Notes under the pieces: model-generated | The model's input: only the letters and a program-made list of their open reading frames with translations | What the model was told of the DNA's origin: nothing | Databases searched by the model: none | From: Bugula neritina | Lineage: Eukaryota > Animalia > Bryozoa | DNA length: 64,000 bases | Direction of reading: 5' to 3' | Assembly: GCA_964035545.1 (NCBI GenBank) | Contig: OZ037773.1 | Span: 8,709,751-8,773,750 of the forward strand | Part shown: positions 28,701 through 43,700 of the stretch, piece by piece | How positions within the stretch are numbered: the stretch's first letter is position 1 | How the letters are laid out: every line of letters starts with the position of its first letter | Made by a program: the position numbers and the translations under genes

Positions 28701-31700
28701 GAGAGGGTATTTGGTGTGTATTGGTAGGGTATTTGGTGTGTATTGAGAGGGTATTTGTTGTGTATTGGTAGGGTATTTGGTGTGTATTGGTAGGGTATTT
28801 GATGTGTATTGGGAGGGTAGTAATTCAATCAGATGAAGATTAAACTGAAAATAGTTGAATAATGCTTATTGCATGATCTTCATGGAGATTCCAGTCATTT
28901 CTGTAATCATGGACTTGTCTTGTTTACCCTCTCTACTCTCTTACACCCTCTTTACCCTTTCCACACTCCCTTTACCCTTTCCACACTCCCTTAACCCTTT
29001 CCACACCCCTTTACCCTTTCCACACCCCTCTCCACCTCCCTTCCAACACCCCCTTGTCTACCCTCCCTACAACCTCCTCACCGTAAAAAACCTACAATGG
29101 AGTATCAAAAGGTAGAAGTGCCCCTCTGGCAAACCCCCCCACCAAACTTATGACCTCAAGCTATCCACCTCTAAAGCTAGTAAACTAAAAATAAAAGCAA
29201 ATCTGTAAAACATTTCAACATTAGCAAAAATATTGATTTTCAATATTTTGGCAAAAACAACCAGACCAGACAACACATAGTTTTACCAGGTTTCAAGATA
29301 AAAACAGCCTGGACCTGGTATGTCAATATTTCACTAATACCAGGGTAGAGCGTACAGACTGGATGGTTGTGGCATGCTGCAGCTGCCAAATTCTTGTTTG
29401 TCTACAGTGAGAGTCACAGTAGAGTGTGACACATGACATATTACCAGAACCTACGATAGAATGCAGCCTCGTTTTGTAATGTATTACATGTTGTCAAGGA
29501 AAAACATTCCTCCAAATAAATTATTCAAAAAGGTTGTTGAAAATAAGTGAGAGATGTCTATAGTAACCTAGCAGTTGGAATTTACTATCATTTCAACAGT
29601 CAGTTATTTCTAACTGGAAACTAGTACTGGTAGCAACAATGTCACACACTACTACTACAGGAACAGTTTGTGTGGTGATCTTTGTTGTGACACACCCAGT
29701 TGTTGAAGCTATACATACACAGTAACATCAATGTAATTTAATGAAGAGTTACTGATTTTGCATAGCTCTGTGCAATACAGTGTTAGGTGGATACAACTCC
29801 AAACATTACATTTTCTAAAAACAATGATAAATTCTAGAAGCCAAACAGCTGGTAACTGGAAACTATAAAACACGTTCTTTTGTTGCCAAAACTTCACAAA
29901 ACACCATTTTAAGCCAGTCTTGACCGGCAAAAATTAAATAGTTGGCAGTTGGTCATTTGAGCATTCTATAGAGATTTCTAGGATTCTGCGCTACCCTGGG
30001 GCTGCAGCTACATTCTGCAACCAACATCTACATTCTTGTACAACATGTAGTACAACATGTAGTGTAACATGTAGTGTAACATGTAGTACAACATGTAGTG
30101 TAACATGTAGTACAACATGTAGTGTAACATGTAGTACCACATCTAGTATGCACTGAAATAGCAGTAACTCAGTTCCCTGCAGTCTCCTTGCCACAAGCAG
30201 AGTAAATGTTTACACAAATAGTTACAGAGAGGATGAATGTGTAACTTGACTCATTCAAGGAGATTGCACTGACTGTCTCTACGCTGACTTCCAATAGCTG
30301 CCTTTGCTAAATTAATTAACTGCCTTTGGTGAGCTATTTTCAGGTTGGAAAGTATAAATAGCAACTAAGTGAGTAAGCAGAGAGAGCAGCGTTGGTGTTA
30401 CTCCCAGAGGATTGCGCTCAAGCCTCGGGTTTTGGTTGTCAGATGCATGCAACGGTCAAGTGAAAAGTGCTTTTTCTGTTGATCAAAATTATATGGAAAA
30501 GTCTGTTAAAAACATGAGCTAAAACATGTTTAATTCGCTGAAAAGGCTTCTCTGCAGATGTTAGTGAAGACAAACAGACGGACAGCCAGGACCCCTAAGC
30601 GACGTGCCACCATAGCAATACTGGCATTGATTTCCCATGGCAAATCAAGTTATCCCTTACATGTAACGGATGCAGCGATCAGATTATGTATATTGGAAGA
30701 GTAAAACACGAGCCACTGTCAATACAGAGTAAATATCACATTGCTAGGTCAGCCAGCTGCCAACTGAAGGCGGAGTTTGGCTAGGGCAGCAGTGTGCAGT
30801 ATCAGAGCTGTTAATCAATAGTATGGAGGTTACCATGGCACATAACAGATCGGATATGTTGTATACAGGAGAACCAAAGTGTGTGATGTCTTTAAAAAGT
30901 CCAGCTCTAAGATAAGACCAAATTTAGAAGTTAGATATGTTACTCAACAACAGTAAGGGAAATTCCATCCAAACAACAAAAGATGCTTATCATTTTCACA
31001 GTTCACAGCAAAATGACAAGAGTTTATCATTATTGTTGTTATTAAGAGATATACCAATATTAGATACTATCAGGTGATATTGTTGTTTTTATACAGTAGC
31101 TGATAGCAGTTTATATGCGGATTAACTTGTGAAGAAATAAGTTCAGCTTAAAAACAAAACTTAAACTTAGGAGTATCCAGATTAGCTTGTCAGGTTGGTA
31201 GGTTATTGACTTGAATAGTCCACCACCCCTACTAGACACCCAGTGAGAAGGAATCTCAGGCTATATAAAAGCTTACGCAGTTTCATCAGCTACTAGAAGT
31301 TAGCTTTAATGAAGTAATACATCGTATATTACTTTCCCAGGCATTGAACTTATGAAATATTGAATGCAGGAAACGAGATTTGGAATAAAATTGAATCTCT
31401 AAAGCAGCTGCAATAATAATCAGGATTTTCTAGATTCCAAATTTTACTGCTGAATAGAAATATCAGTTCACCAAACTTTATCAGCTATTAATATTTGGTT
31501 TAGATGGGAATGTCAATACAACTATATAACAAACAGGAAATGACAGCATGCAATAAATCCTAGAGTATAGCAATATATACCAGAGTATTGCAATATATCC
31601 CAGAGTATTGCAATAGATTGAATAACAATAAACTATGAAACCTTTTTAGGGAAATTGAATTCCAACATATAGTCAAGTGGAGTTTTTCAGAAATTTTTTT

Positions 31701-34700
31701 TCACAGAGTTGGGAAAAATTATATAAATTTTGATGTGTCACAACATCACCTCCATACTTTTGCTGATGCAAGCAGCTGATATGTAAGCAGATTACAGCGA
31801 AGGTAGATACCAGAGCACAAAGATATGAGGTTAAGAAATCAACTGTCAGTCAAAGTAGTAGAAGTAACAAAGCTTTGACTGAAGGAAGAATGTAACTGGT
31901 TTATCTCAAAACACCATAAGGTGGTGGAAGCATTCAATAAAAGTAGATTATAGATTTCATAGGATGGCTTGACTTAAATTTTTAATCCAATCATATTTCA
32001 GATGAGCATCTTAGTTGGGGCTGACACTATAGCAATATCATTAGAGTTCACAGGCTAGATTCTACATGAGTGTGGGGGGGGGGGAGAACCCCCAGCCTAG
32101 CATTAGAGTGAGATAGTTTGCATGAAGTCAACAGTTGGCAGATTGTAATTCATCATTTGTTTTAGAATTTAGAGCTATCAGGTTGACCAAAGAAAGGACC
32201 AGACTGTGTCAATAAGTTGTTAGCAGAGAGTATTTGTACACATATGAGAACATGTGCCATTATTTAGCCTATGGAGCTAGGAGAGAGGTGTAGCTGCTTA
32301 AGGGCTAGTATGCATCCACACCCTTCCTAATATTACAGAGAGTTGAGCTAAAACCAGCCGAATATTTCACTGCATAGTTTATGGAGCATATCTGACAGCT
32401 ATTGACAGCTAAGCTCTTTTTTATGCATGTCAGAGTGAAGCCAGTAAAATATGACCGACTGCATGCAGCCAAAACAAAAGTAACATAAAATATGATCCCA
32501 AAAGATGACAAATGAGCAATAAATGATCCATTTATAGGCAGTCTATTAGATAGTGTAGAGAACATAACTCCAAATAACTGCCAACATGTACTCTAGGTTG
32601 GTTATATAACTTCACACACCCATGTGTGACTACACACTGTGATGAGGCCTGGGAGAACTACTCAATATAACCAAACACTCACCACAATAGAGTCATACCA
32701 ACTGTTTATTTTTAAAATATTCCCCAATGTGGGGGCAGTGCTGGAATTTCATGACAAAGGTGATGGTTGAATTAACTGTCAGTGTCGGTATTTCTCAGCT
32801 ATTGTTAGCAGTGGACATGGCAGGTCTCAGCTTGGTGTGAGAAATATCACCCAGAGTTACATTTCACATGTTGGGAGACTGAGCTCAACTCATGTCTAGT
32901 AACCACTAGCTAATACTTGAGAAAGATTTGATTCTAAAATGATTTTCCAGGTTTCACTGAATTTTTACACAATAACAGAGAAGAAATGTTATTAAATGCT
33001 TCACTGGTACATCCTGCTTGACAAATAATTTAACGTGTAGCAAAATTCCACACGACTGTGCCTAAAGCTGTAAACACCCCCAACCATAACAGCATGGCAC
33101 TATGAACTGAGGCTACAGTCCAGAAGATGCGCTCACTTGTGTGTAAGTCAACAAAGTGCATTCAAGATTTATTCAGCTTCAGCATACAACACACAATGCT
33201 TAAGAGATAAATCTATTAGGACATCTGCAAGATTTACTAAAAGGTTTCAAAGCCAAACAGCTATTTCCCATCAAGTTTAACAACAATCACTGCGTTTCCA
33301 TTATCGCATTATGCGAATGGATTTGCTCATTCGCCCTATGGAAACAGTTGCATCGAAGCAAAACCGCAGCCGGAAATTACACCGAACGGCTCCTTCGATG
33401 AAAATTTTCCTTCGCATTATGCGCATCATGGAAATGGTTCCTTCGGTTAAATCGAATGAAACCTTTTGTGTCGGAGGCAGAGATCAGCATTTGTGGCGGC
33501 TAGTTACATAGTTACGCGATGTAAACAATAATTGTAAGTTACAACCTACGCTAAAGTGTACTATGACTTTTAAAAATTTAAATTTTTTTATTTATCCTAG
33601 CTGCTATTATTTAGAATAATTACTAATAATCTTAAATTTTGTAAAACTTTTCCGCAAGCCAAAGCTTTCTCGAGCTAAAAATAAGTTGACAGCTATTTTC
33701 ATTTTGAAAATTTAAATTACTTTTAAGCTTTAGTTTATCGATCAAGAAATACTTTATCATTATGCTTTCATTGGTTTATGTTTTTTTTATTTTAAATAAA
33801 CTGACTCAAAGTTTGTGTATTTAGTTAATTTAATCTATCAAAAATGGGGACAGAATTAAAAAATTGTCGTTGTGCATGAACTCAAACTCAAAGTTGGTCA
33901 TATTAATTATAATTTCAGTTCAGCGGTTACAGTTGCAAAGAGAAGATAACTTCGTACGGATTGCATAGGAACGTGTGGTTTTTCCTTCGATGTAATCCGT
34001 ACGGGCATCCGTACGCATTCATTCGCCTTCATGGAAACGCAGTGTAAGTGGGCTCAGCACAATATTTACAATAACTGAAGTGGTTTGAAACTCCTCTCTT
34101 TATTCTAGGATTACGTGTGTTTTCAGTGTGGCTAGAAGTTAATTACTCAGCGTTGCATAATACTAAAAGGTTCCTGGACAGGTTGAAGAGGAATAAACAC
34201 TTATATATGCATGTAATGTTCAAGATAATAAAAGGAAGGAACATTTTATTACAAATCATAACCCATCAACTCACTATATAAAAGCAAGAGTATCTTGTTC
34301 TATATCTTCACAAGCAGCCAGTTAAACAGCTGAAAAAGCTTCACTGCATTTGACAAGCACTTCTAGAACTGACCAACAAATCCCCTAATCCACTGTCTCC
34401 ACCCCTAACCCCTTATCCACTGTCTCCACTCCTAACTACTTTTCACTAAATTTTCAGGCTCATAGACAACTTGCAAAATGCTACAAAACAACCCCAGAAA
34501 TGACACCAAATGTATAGCAACTGGATGTACAGTAGTTGTACAGTGCTCGTGCAGACAGTTCTAAGAGAAGTACAGGCAGGTTTCCCAGGTATCCATGTTG
34601 TTGCATCAGCCAGGTGTTGGCTCAGGTAGGGAGAGGAAAGCTAACCTGGTTTTGGCAAGTTGGGAGATGAAAAGAGGTTGCCATGATGTCATGCTGGTTG

Positions 34701-37700
34701 CCAATCAGCAAACTCTCTGTGCTAGGAGAATGTTGGCACCAGAACACATGGTATAGATATGAAGGTGAGTAGTATACAGTATGATAGATACTAAGGTGAG
34801 TAGTATACAGTATGATAGATACTAAGGTGAGTAGTATACAGTATGATAGATACTAAGGTGAGTAGTATACAGTATGATAGATACTAAGGTGAGTAGTATA
34901 CAGTATGATAGATAGTAAGGTGAGTAGTATACAGTATGATAGATACTAAGGTGAGTAGTATACAGTATGATAGATACTAAGGTGAGTAGTATACAGTATG
35001 ATAGATACTAAGGTGAGTAGTATACAGTATGATAGATACTAAGGTGAGTAGTATACAGTATGATAGATAGTAAGGTGAGTAGTATACAGTATGATAGATA
35101 CTAAGGTGAGTAGTATACAGTATGATAGATACTAAGGTGAGTAGTATACAGTATAAGTAGCTACTTGTTTGTCTGATACACTTCTAGTCAGGTGGCAGTA
35201 ACTCTCTTCTATCTCATGACTTGACAGAGAGACAGACACACAGACAGACAGACACACAGAGAGACAGACACACAGACGTACAATCAAAGGAACAGACAAC
35301 TTACCACTTTTTCTTCTCTGGTTTTCCGTTTATCTCTAGCATTTGTTTTACCATTCATCTGGGATCGCTTCTTAGCATCTGTAGAAATAAACATGCAGAA
35401 ATTACAAACCTGGGGGTAGATAATAACACAATATATAACTACCTGCAGTACGCTATGAAATACTTGAGTAATGAACAGAGTTGAAGGAAGAAAAGTAATA
35501 TTTATTCTACTATAAAACAAATATCCAAGTACTACAATAAAACCTGTACCAAGCATATAGAAGTATACATAATACAGTAATATATTACATGATAAAGTAA
35601 TATATTACAATACACAGTCATATATTAGAATGTACAGTGTGATGTATTACGATATACTCTAAGTCCTAAGATATTACTACATGCTGTAATATATTTTAAT
35701 ACACTGAGATGCATTGCAATAAATTGTTATATCACAATACATTGTGATGTAACAAAACAGAACAGAAACTGAATATCAATTACATCTGTCCTTCCTTTGA
35801 GGTAATTAACATTCAGGGCAGATGATGACACAACATATCCAGGGAAGTTGAGGAGGGTTAACTCCCACAGCTTTGGTCATAGCTGCTACTTCCATTACCT
35901 GCTACTTCCATTACCTGCTACTCCCATTACCTGCTACTCCCATTACCTGCTACTCCCATTACCTGCTACTCCCATTACCTGCTACTCCCATTACCTGCTA
36001 CTCCCATTACCTGCTACTCCCATTACCTGCTACTCCCATTACCTGTACCCAGAGAACCTACCAGACTGCTGCACTACAACTACTTGTGGTGAAACTATAC
36101 TGTCAGTGAGCAGAGTAACTAGTAACTAGCTCACAAGGAAAAGCAGCAGCAACAGTAATAGCATCAGCAGCAACATTTTACCCTTCTAATGCTAACAGAT
36201 CAACTACAGGAGTTCATTTCAAATATATTTTACAGAAACAAAACTGGACTGCTTCAACTCCACAGAGAAATCATCTAACTTTTTCTGCCTGAAAATCATA
36301 AGTGAGACCTAAATTGTTTGCATCATCAAATTTCAAGCCCTATATAACAAGAGAAAATCTTTTTCCATTCCGTACAACTTTACTGAGCTTTCAGAAAATC
36401 AGAAACTTTATATCAAATATCTAAATCAAAACCCAATTTTCAGTTCAACGGACATAGTAGGTCAGCTATCAGCCTGATATAACTAAACTGTAGCCCAGAG
36501 TTAGTGTTTACAACCCTCAGTAGATGGACAGCTGTCCTGGCAGCATGATGATGGGGAATTACATCACTACACCACTAACCAGCTTTTGTCTGCTCTGCTA
36601 CTTTCATGACAACAAATCTGGCATGGCCCGTGCTGCAACTTATTGCGTGACTGGAAATCCTCAGCTAGATGACAATAATGAGGCAACTCCAAAGCATTAA
36701 GTATTATAACCATTGAGTGAAAGTCCATGGTGTGCTTAGTGAACATTAGCTGTAATTAGCAGATTAATAATTAGCAGATGTGACAGCCAAGCTTTCTCTC
36801 TAGCTTAGTAACCAAAGTTGATTTCATATTCCATCTGTTGTATTATAATCTCTAAACATGAATAACAAACTGGAGTAACCATAAAATTAGCATGTATCAT
36901 GGAGCAGGTTTCAGTTCATATGTTAATATAGATGATGTAACCACTATGGCACTCAACTCCTTGCATCACATGATAGCCAAGATGGCTGGTGATAAATTGC
37001 CGTATTTTACATATTTTAGTTCCCCGAAGAGATTTAAATCCAGATAAAGGGAGATTGGCTACTCTGTGAAATGCTGAGCCTGCCTTCCAGTTAGGAATCG
37101 TGTTTTCTGCTACTTGAAAAGGTAATTGAAGCAAAAGTTGGCAACAAATCTGTTACAGATGAAATCCTTACGCTAATTTTATGCAAGATGAAATGCTTTG
37201 TGAAAATATGACTAAAAAATTAATATGCTGAGAGAGTGACTTATACAACAGATAAGTATGTTTAATATCACAGCCAAAAACATTGTCAACACTTGAAGTA
37301 AATATAAACATGTAGATAAACATCGTAAATATATTTATAGTTAGTTATTATAGACTGTATAGTTTGGAGAAGGCACACTCCATGTTCATCCCTACACCTT
37401 CAATGCTGCTAAACAACTAGACACCTGTGTTTGAAACTCAAGAAACTAGAGGGGGGAGGGGGGTTTAGGACATGCTAAGCCTTTGGCAATGGTTGACCAG
37501 GTGATGGAAGTTGGAAGTCTGCATCAGATAGAATAAAGAGGCAAACAGAGAATATGCTACCCAGATAGAGAGTTACTGGAACAAGCCTGGACTGGGCTTC
37601 ACTTATTTATTAAAGTAATTGCAACTTATATAAATAAATATAAGCCAAACATAAAACCTATAAAAACTAGTATTTTTCTAGATTTTGCCAACTAAGCATG

Positions 37701-40700
37701 AAATATTAAAAGGTGAAGGTGGATGTAATGGCCTACAGTTGGGAGATTATTGGTTTGGAAATGAGTGAAGTAGCCTTTGAAACTGTTGCATAAATCAAAA
37801 CTGAGTTCAAATTGAGTGAAAGGCGTATAATTTAGTGACACTCAATAGCCGTTGGTTGAGTATCTTCACTATATCATATCTTCACTATATCGCACCATAT
37901 CTTTAAGTTAGGCAAGGTTAACATTGTCATATCGTATCATATCATGATATCAACAGTGTAAGGACATATATAACTAGTTCTGAAGTATACGATACCAACT
38001 TCACACATGTTCTATTAGGAGTAATCTTCTCTTAATCAAGACATTAAACCGCACAATCAACCTGTACAATCAACACCACTAGCCATGAATCCTAATATTA
38101 GTACTACAATATTGCAGTTTTATAGCATAAGAAAAGCTCCCCCATTTCACAGCCTATTAAGTATGTCATTTTATTAATATGCAGTCTACAGCAGTAACAG
38201 CTTAGTATAAAAATGAATAATAAACTGTTCTACTGTTGATTATTAGTGAAAGGGCAACTTTTTATGTCTTACAATATACAATAACAGAGAGATAGACACA
38301 AGAGGTTAGCTCATACAGTGTGAGCAGTGTATTACCTGTCAGGTACCTGGAGACCAGTGTTTGGCAGGCTATGTACAGTGGGAGATGCAAAATCACCATA
38401 ATGTGACTATTTTAAACCAAATTAGAACAAATACGACACATATTACCATGAAAGGCCTACAGCACGCCGTAGCTACTGAGTTTTAATTATAATTCTGAAG
38501 TTTTACTGAGAGATCTAAGTTGTCATGGTAACCCGGAGAGACCACAACCGCCAGGCCATGGAAAAATGCCTTTAGTAGGACTGCATTTAGTGTGGTGTGT
38601 GTAGAGGTACATGTGGTGTGTGTAGAGGTACAAGTAGTGTGTGTAGAGGTATATGTGGTGTTTCTAGTGAAATTTACAGCTCATTCTATCATATGACTCT
38701 ACAAATTATTTGGAATTCATTTTAAACTATTGAAGTTAGATTCTAACAAACACCCTGTAGATACAAAGTGACTCAAACAAACTCCTACTGTGTCAGTCAC
38801 GTAACACTTCTGACAGTCTGATGCAATGCATGAGTTTCACTGCAGAAAGGTATGGAATACACCACAGAGAGGCTGAATGCTAGTCTGAAATTTAGACAGA
38901 ACTAATAAGAGACACCAAGCAGGCTATTATGCAATACGAGATGGTCACAACCCTGTCTCACTTTGAACTCAGCAATACAGAAATAGATTAGAGCTCCAGT
39001 TTCACAAGCTTTGTGCAATGATATTAACACCCTTATCTGAAACATACTAGACACAGGGCATGGGTTTAGTCAACAAAACCTTTCCGACAATTTCAGTGCA
39101 AAACACAAAAAACCATAATTATAGAATTTATAACAAATTGATAAATTTTATGTCAAACTTTTAAATGTGAATCAGATTAACAATCAGTGGAGAAAAAAAA
39201 GCAGATTTAAAAAGAGCAGTGAATGACCAAATATACTGACACAAGAAATGAACTAGAAGTACGGGGACATCCATTGGCTAATACATCAAGTAGCTTCCTT
39301 AGGCACCCAATCACGTGGTGGAGAATATTTGTCCTGATCATGTTGAAGATGAGCACATTAATGTGAAATACGTGTTTTTTGTTGTTAAAATACCCCAACA
39401 CATGGTACTGGCCAATGAGTATGTATTCAGCAGCTAGGGAAATCTGCTTACAACTGATAACTCTATTATAAGAATTACTCTGTAAATCAGCTGTATAGCT
39501 CAACTGAAATATTATAAACTAAGTTGCAATACAATAATAGTATTACTTAGAAACTAGCTGGTATAATTACAGTAAATATGACAATAATTTGGAATTATGT
39601 TCCCTTGCAAATGGAAATGCAACTCCCAAATGCATGCACAATCATAATAAAATAACATCACACGCATATATAACTGAGCAATGGAGAGCAATGGGAGAGT
39701 AATGGGAGAGTATTTCACCTTCACCTTCCACTGAGAGCAAAATATGTGAGAGACGGGACAGAATGATAGAACATCAAGAAGAAAACTGAATGGAGAAGCG
39801 AGCATTAGACATTACCTGTAGAGCTGTAGAGAAACTGGCTGAGTATATACAAGTGTTAGAAGATGAACTTACCAAACGCCTCAGAACCCATGAGGGTGTC
39901 TTCCTCGTCCTCCCCATCTTCATTCTCCAGTAAGATAGAGTGAGAATATCTGCAACAGGTACTAAGGCTACAGTTTTAAAGAGTCAACTGTGTAAGATAA
40001 CGTTTCTATAAACCGGAGTTGTCTACACGCACAGAGAAAACCTCTCTCTACACCGCAAACCTCACATTGGAAAATAATTGTCGCTAAAATTTCCTTCCTG
40101 AAAAAAATAATTAAAGCAAACAAATAAAAGAGTTTCATGATTAGTTTTCTATGATAATTCATGAAGTAGCAATTTACTTTCTGCTATTAAATGTTTTAGA
40201 GTAAAAATTAGAGCAATTAAGGTAATTAAAAGTGATTTGCACGTGTTAATAGAGTAAAACACAGCCCAGTATTCCGAGAGCTCAACACCATTAAGAAGAC
40301 AACTCCCTGTACAGCCAACAAACCTCTGATTGTTAATACTCGGTCTCCACAGGATCATGATGACCAGAAGGACTATACTGAACAACATAGGCCAGAATCC
40401 TTGCTCTAGCCACAGCTCTCTGATGTCGGTACGGCACGCCACCGCCTTCATCCTAACTAAGCTCCACACCAGATAGATCACAGACACTGCAACACACATT
40501 GAAGGAGGGTCATGGTACGTGCCCCTAACAGCACCTGTTACGTAAAGAAAACTGACTATCTTTGAAATACAAATTTTTAGTCATGCATTTTTGAATTTCA
40601 GTATCAACTAAAGGTAAATATCAATAAAACATGACTTATTTAAAACTTTGGGTCAGGAGTTGTGCCAGGTATCCTAAAAGTTAACAAACTATTTAGAAAA

Positions 40701-43700
40701 GTCAATTCCGTCCACTATTGACTGCTGTATCACATTGACTCACCCAACACACAGAATATCAACAGATTTGTGAAGTGGCGGTAGAGCGACAACTTGACGA
40801 CGTTACGCCGCAGACGTAGCGTCCTGATAGTCTGCAGAAGACTGCTGAACACCCAGTAGATGATTCCGGTTTCGCAGAGAGCCAGGGGAATGAGGGCGAA
40901 CAACTCCGATCTTTTATCAGCATCTTCCTGAGGCAACTACAAGTGGTCGTACACAGGAAGTGACGTAAGCAATTGGTAACGAGAGAGAATAAACAGGGCT
41001 TGAACCAACATGGCGCTACATGTGAAATATGTCTAATTGAGTTTAGTATATAGTTTTTATTGAAAGCTGCATCTAGGCTGTGCATAAACATTGTGAAGCG
41101 ATTTACTCAAAGCACCACAAGTTCTGATATTAGCATTAGTGAGTTGCCATGGCAACCTACAAGTTAGGAGGTACATAACATGGAGGACAGGAAAGATGAA
41201 TCACAAACCCGAGTGGCTCGCAAGCAGCTCTCTACTGATGCTAGAATGAAATAAATGAAGCAGACGGCTAGCAACTTGTGTAGGGTGGGTCCCAGGCGGG
41301 GCTTCACTAGTCCAAACCCGACTGAAACCACGACGACCAGAGCCCGAGCTAAGGTCCTCTTGCCGACGGATACCAACTCGGCTACTATCACCATGGCTGG
41401 AACAAAAGCAGAAATCTGATTGGCCGAGACACATGATGACATAATTGGTTGGAGTTTGAATTAGGACTCCCGTTACCAGAAACACAAAACTTGAAGGTTG
41501 GATCTTTGAGTTAATCATAAAATAAAATAATTCAATTAAAGACATTAAATAAAAGAGACATGAGAGTAAATCACACTATTTCAACTACGCCTTATAAGAT
41601 GGGTATATAAACATATAAATTTACATACTAACTTATGCCATGCAAGCAACGAAATACAAGAGTTACATAACATGAAACATTCTACAGAATTAGTCAACAT
41701 ATAAACCCATTCTGTACAAGTTATATAAAATAACTACTCGTACCTATGTCCCTCTTGGGATATGGCAGAACCACTTATTTAGTGAGTTCAGAGACTAGAA
41801 GGGCATAGCTTGAGAGGGGAATACACGTCTAGACATATTGGAATTGTCTACCCATGTGAGGGAAATTTACGCTTAAACCGATCGTGAGATACAGATGAGA
41901 GGGCAACTCCAACTGGTATCAGGAGACGAGGGAAAACTTACTTTCACTGGACTTGCCGATTCTGTCGACATGTTCATACTCGGAGTAGTAGAAGACCTTC
42001 TCTATGAAGCCGAGGATGATGACAATGAGAATAAAGTACTGTATCCTGAGCAGGTCTCTCCAGTAACACGCCATCATTAGCAGCCAGCCAAATCCGTACA
42101 GCACGTACAGAATGGTCATTATTAGATAGAACTACAACATATACACCGGCATAGAGTAGGTGCTGTATAGTCACACACTGGCATAGAGTAGGTACTGTAT
42201 AGTCACACACTTACATAGAGTAGGTACTGTATAGCGACACTTACAAAGAGATAGAGTAGGTATTGTATAGTCACACTGGCATAGAGTAGGTGCTGTATAG
42301 TCACATGCTGGCATAGAGTAGGTACTGTATAGTCACACACTCGCATAGAGTAGGTACTGTATAGTCGCACTTACATAGAGATAAAGTCGGTACTGTATGG
42401 TCACGCTTACATAGAGATAGAGTAGATATTGTATAGTTACACTTACAGAGAGATAGAGTAGATATTGTACAGCCACACTTACATAGAGATAGAGTAGATA
42501 TTGTATAGCCACACTTACATAGAGATAAGGAAAGTCAGCCGCTGACAATAGTTTCCCCCGACTGTCTCTCGTGTCAACAATCACTGAAATTATTCCGCAG
42601 GTAACATAAATATCGGAGCAGAGGAAACCAACTAAACCAGAATAGCCCACCAACACTTCCACACACAACCACATGGTGCGTCCTCAGCACAGCACAGCTC
42701 AGGTCATGTGATCATTTACCAAGACAAACCCAGACAAGATTTCGCACAACAAACATCCGCAATAAAATCTTCGATTAGAAAGAAAGATAAAATATAAATT
42801 ACATTTTAGTGCATATGGACAGCCAGGTTGACAGCTTGTAGAATGGAGGTATGATTCACAGACATTGTGAGGCACTTTGAGTTTAATTTATATAAATGTC
42901 ACGACACTACGCCACAAAAGCAGACGCGTACCTGTGTAACCGGAACTCTTCTTTGTGTCAGCAGGAGCGTCTCGCTTCACCTGACCTTCACCTTGAGGTT
43001 TCAGAGGCTGAACACTGATGTACACAACATATTTCCCATCCTGCCAGCTGGATACAATGGCGTCTTCAACATCCTGTGGTTAGTGGAGAATAAATCAACA
43101 TGATAAGATAGCAATGTTCCTAAATGAATTTCTACTGAATGGAATTTTACCAGACATTTTACAAAATAACCCATTTAGGTAATACATAAAAAGGCAGAAA
43201 GAATTATGCCCCACCCCCAAATAACATATCTGAATAGTAACACAATTTCTTATTATTGACCAGTTTTCTGTGACATCACAAAATCAATGTTTGAAATTTA
43301 AACCTTGACCCCCAGCCTATGCCTATGCTAGGACACCCTCTAGTTATTCTATACTAAAGACAAGTAGATCATCAGTTAATTCACAAAATACTCCAATATG
43401 AACAGACAACAGATTCAGATGTAAGAGTTATCTCCTTTTTCTGTGTGTATTTTCACTACAGGTACAGGGTGGGAAAACTCTAAATACTGTGAATGAAAGA
43501 TATACACACCTCTTTCTTATCTGCCTTGGCATTGCTTTTCGGTTTGGAACTTTTATCCTTCCCAGCTTTCTTTCCTTTTCCTGCATTCGAAGTCTTCTTT
43601 GAGGGCTCCGCGTCTCTCCTCCTTCTGCGGGAGCTAACACAGAAACAAAGAAACTAAGTCTATCATTACAATCCAGCAGACTTAGTTCCGAGTAAAACTG

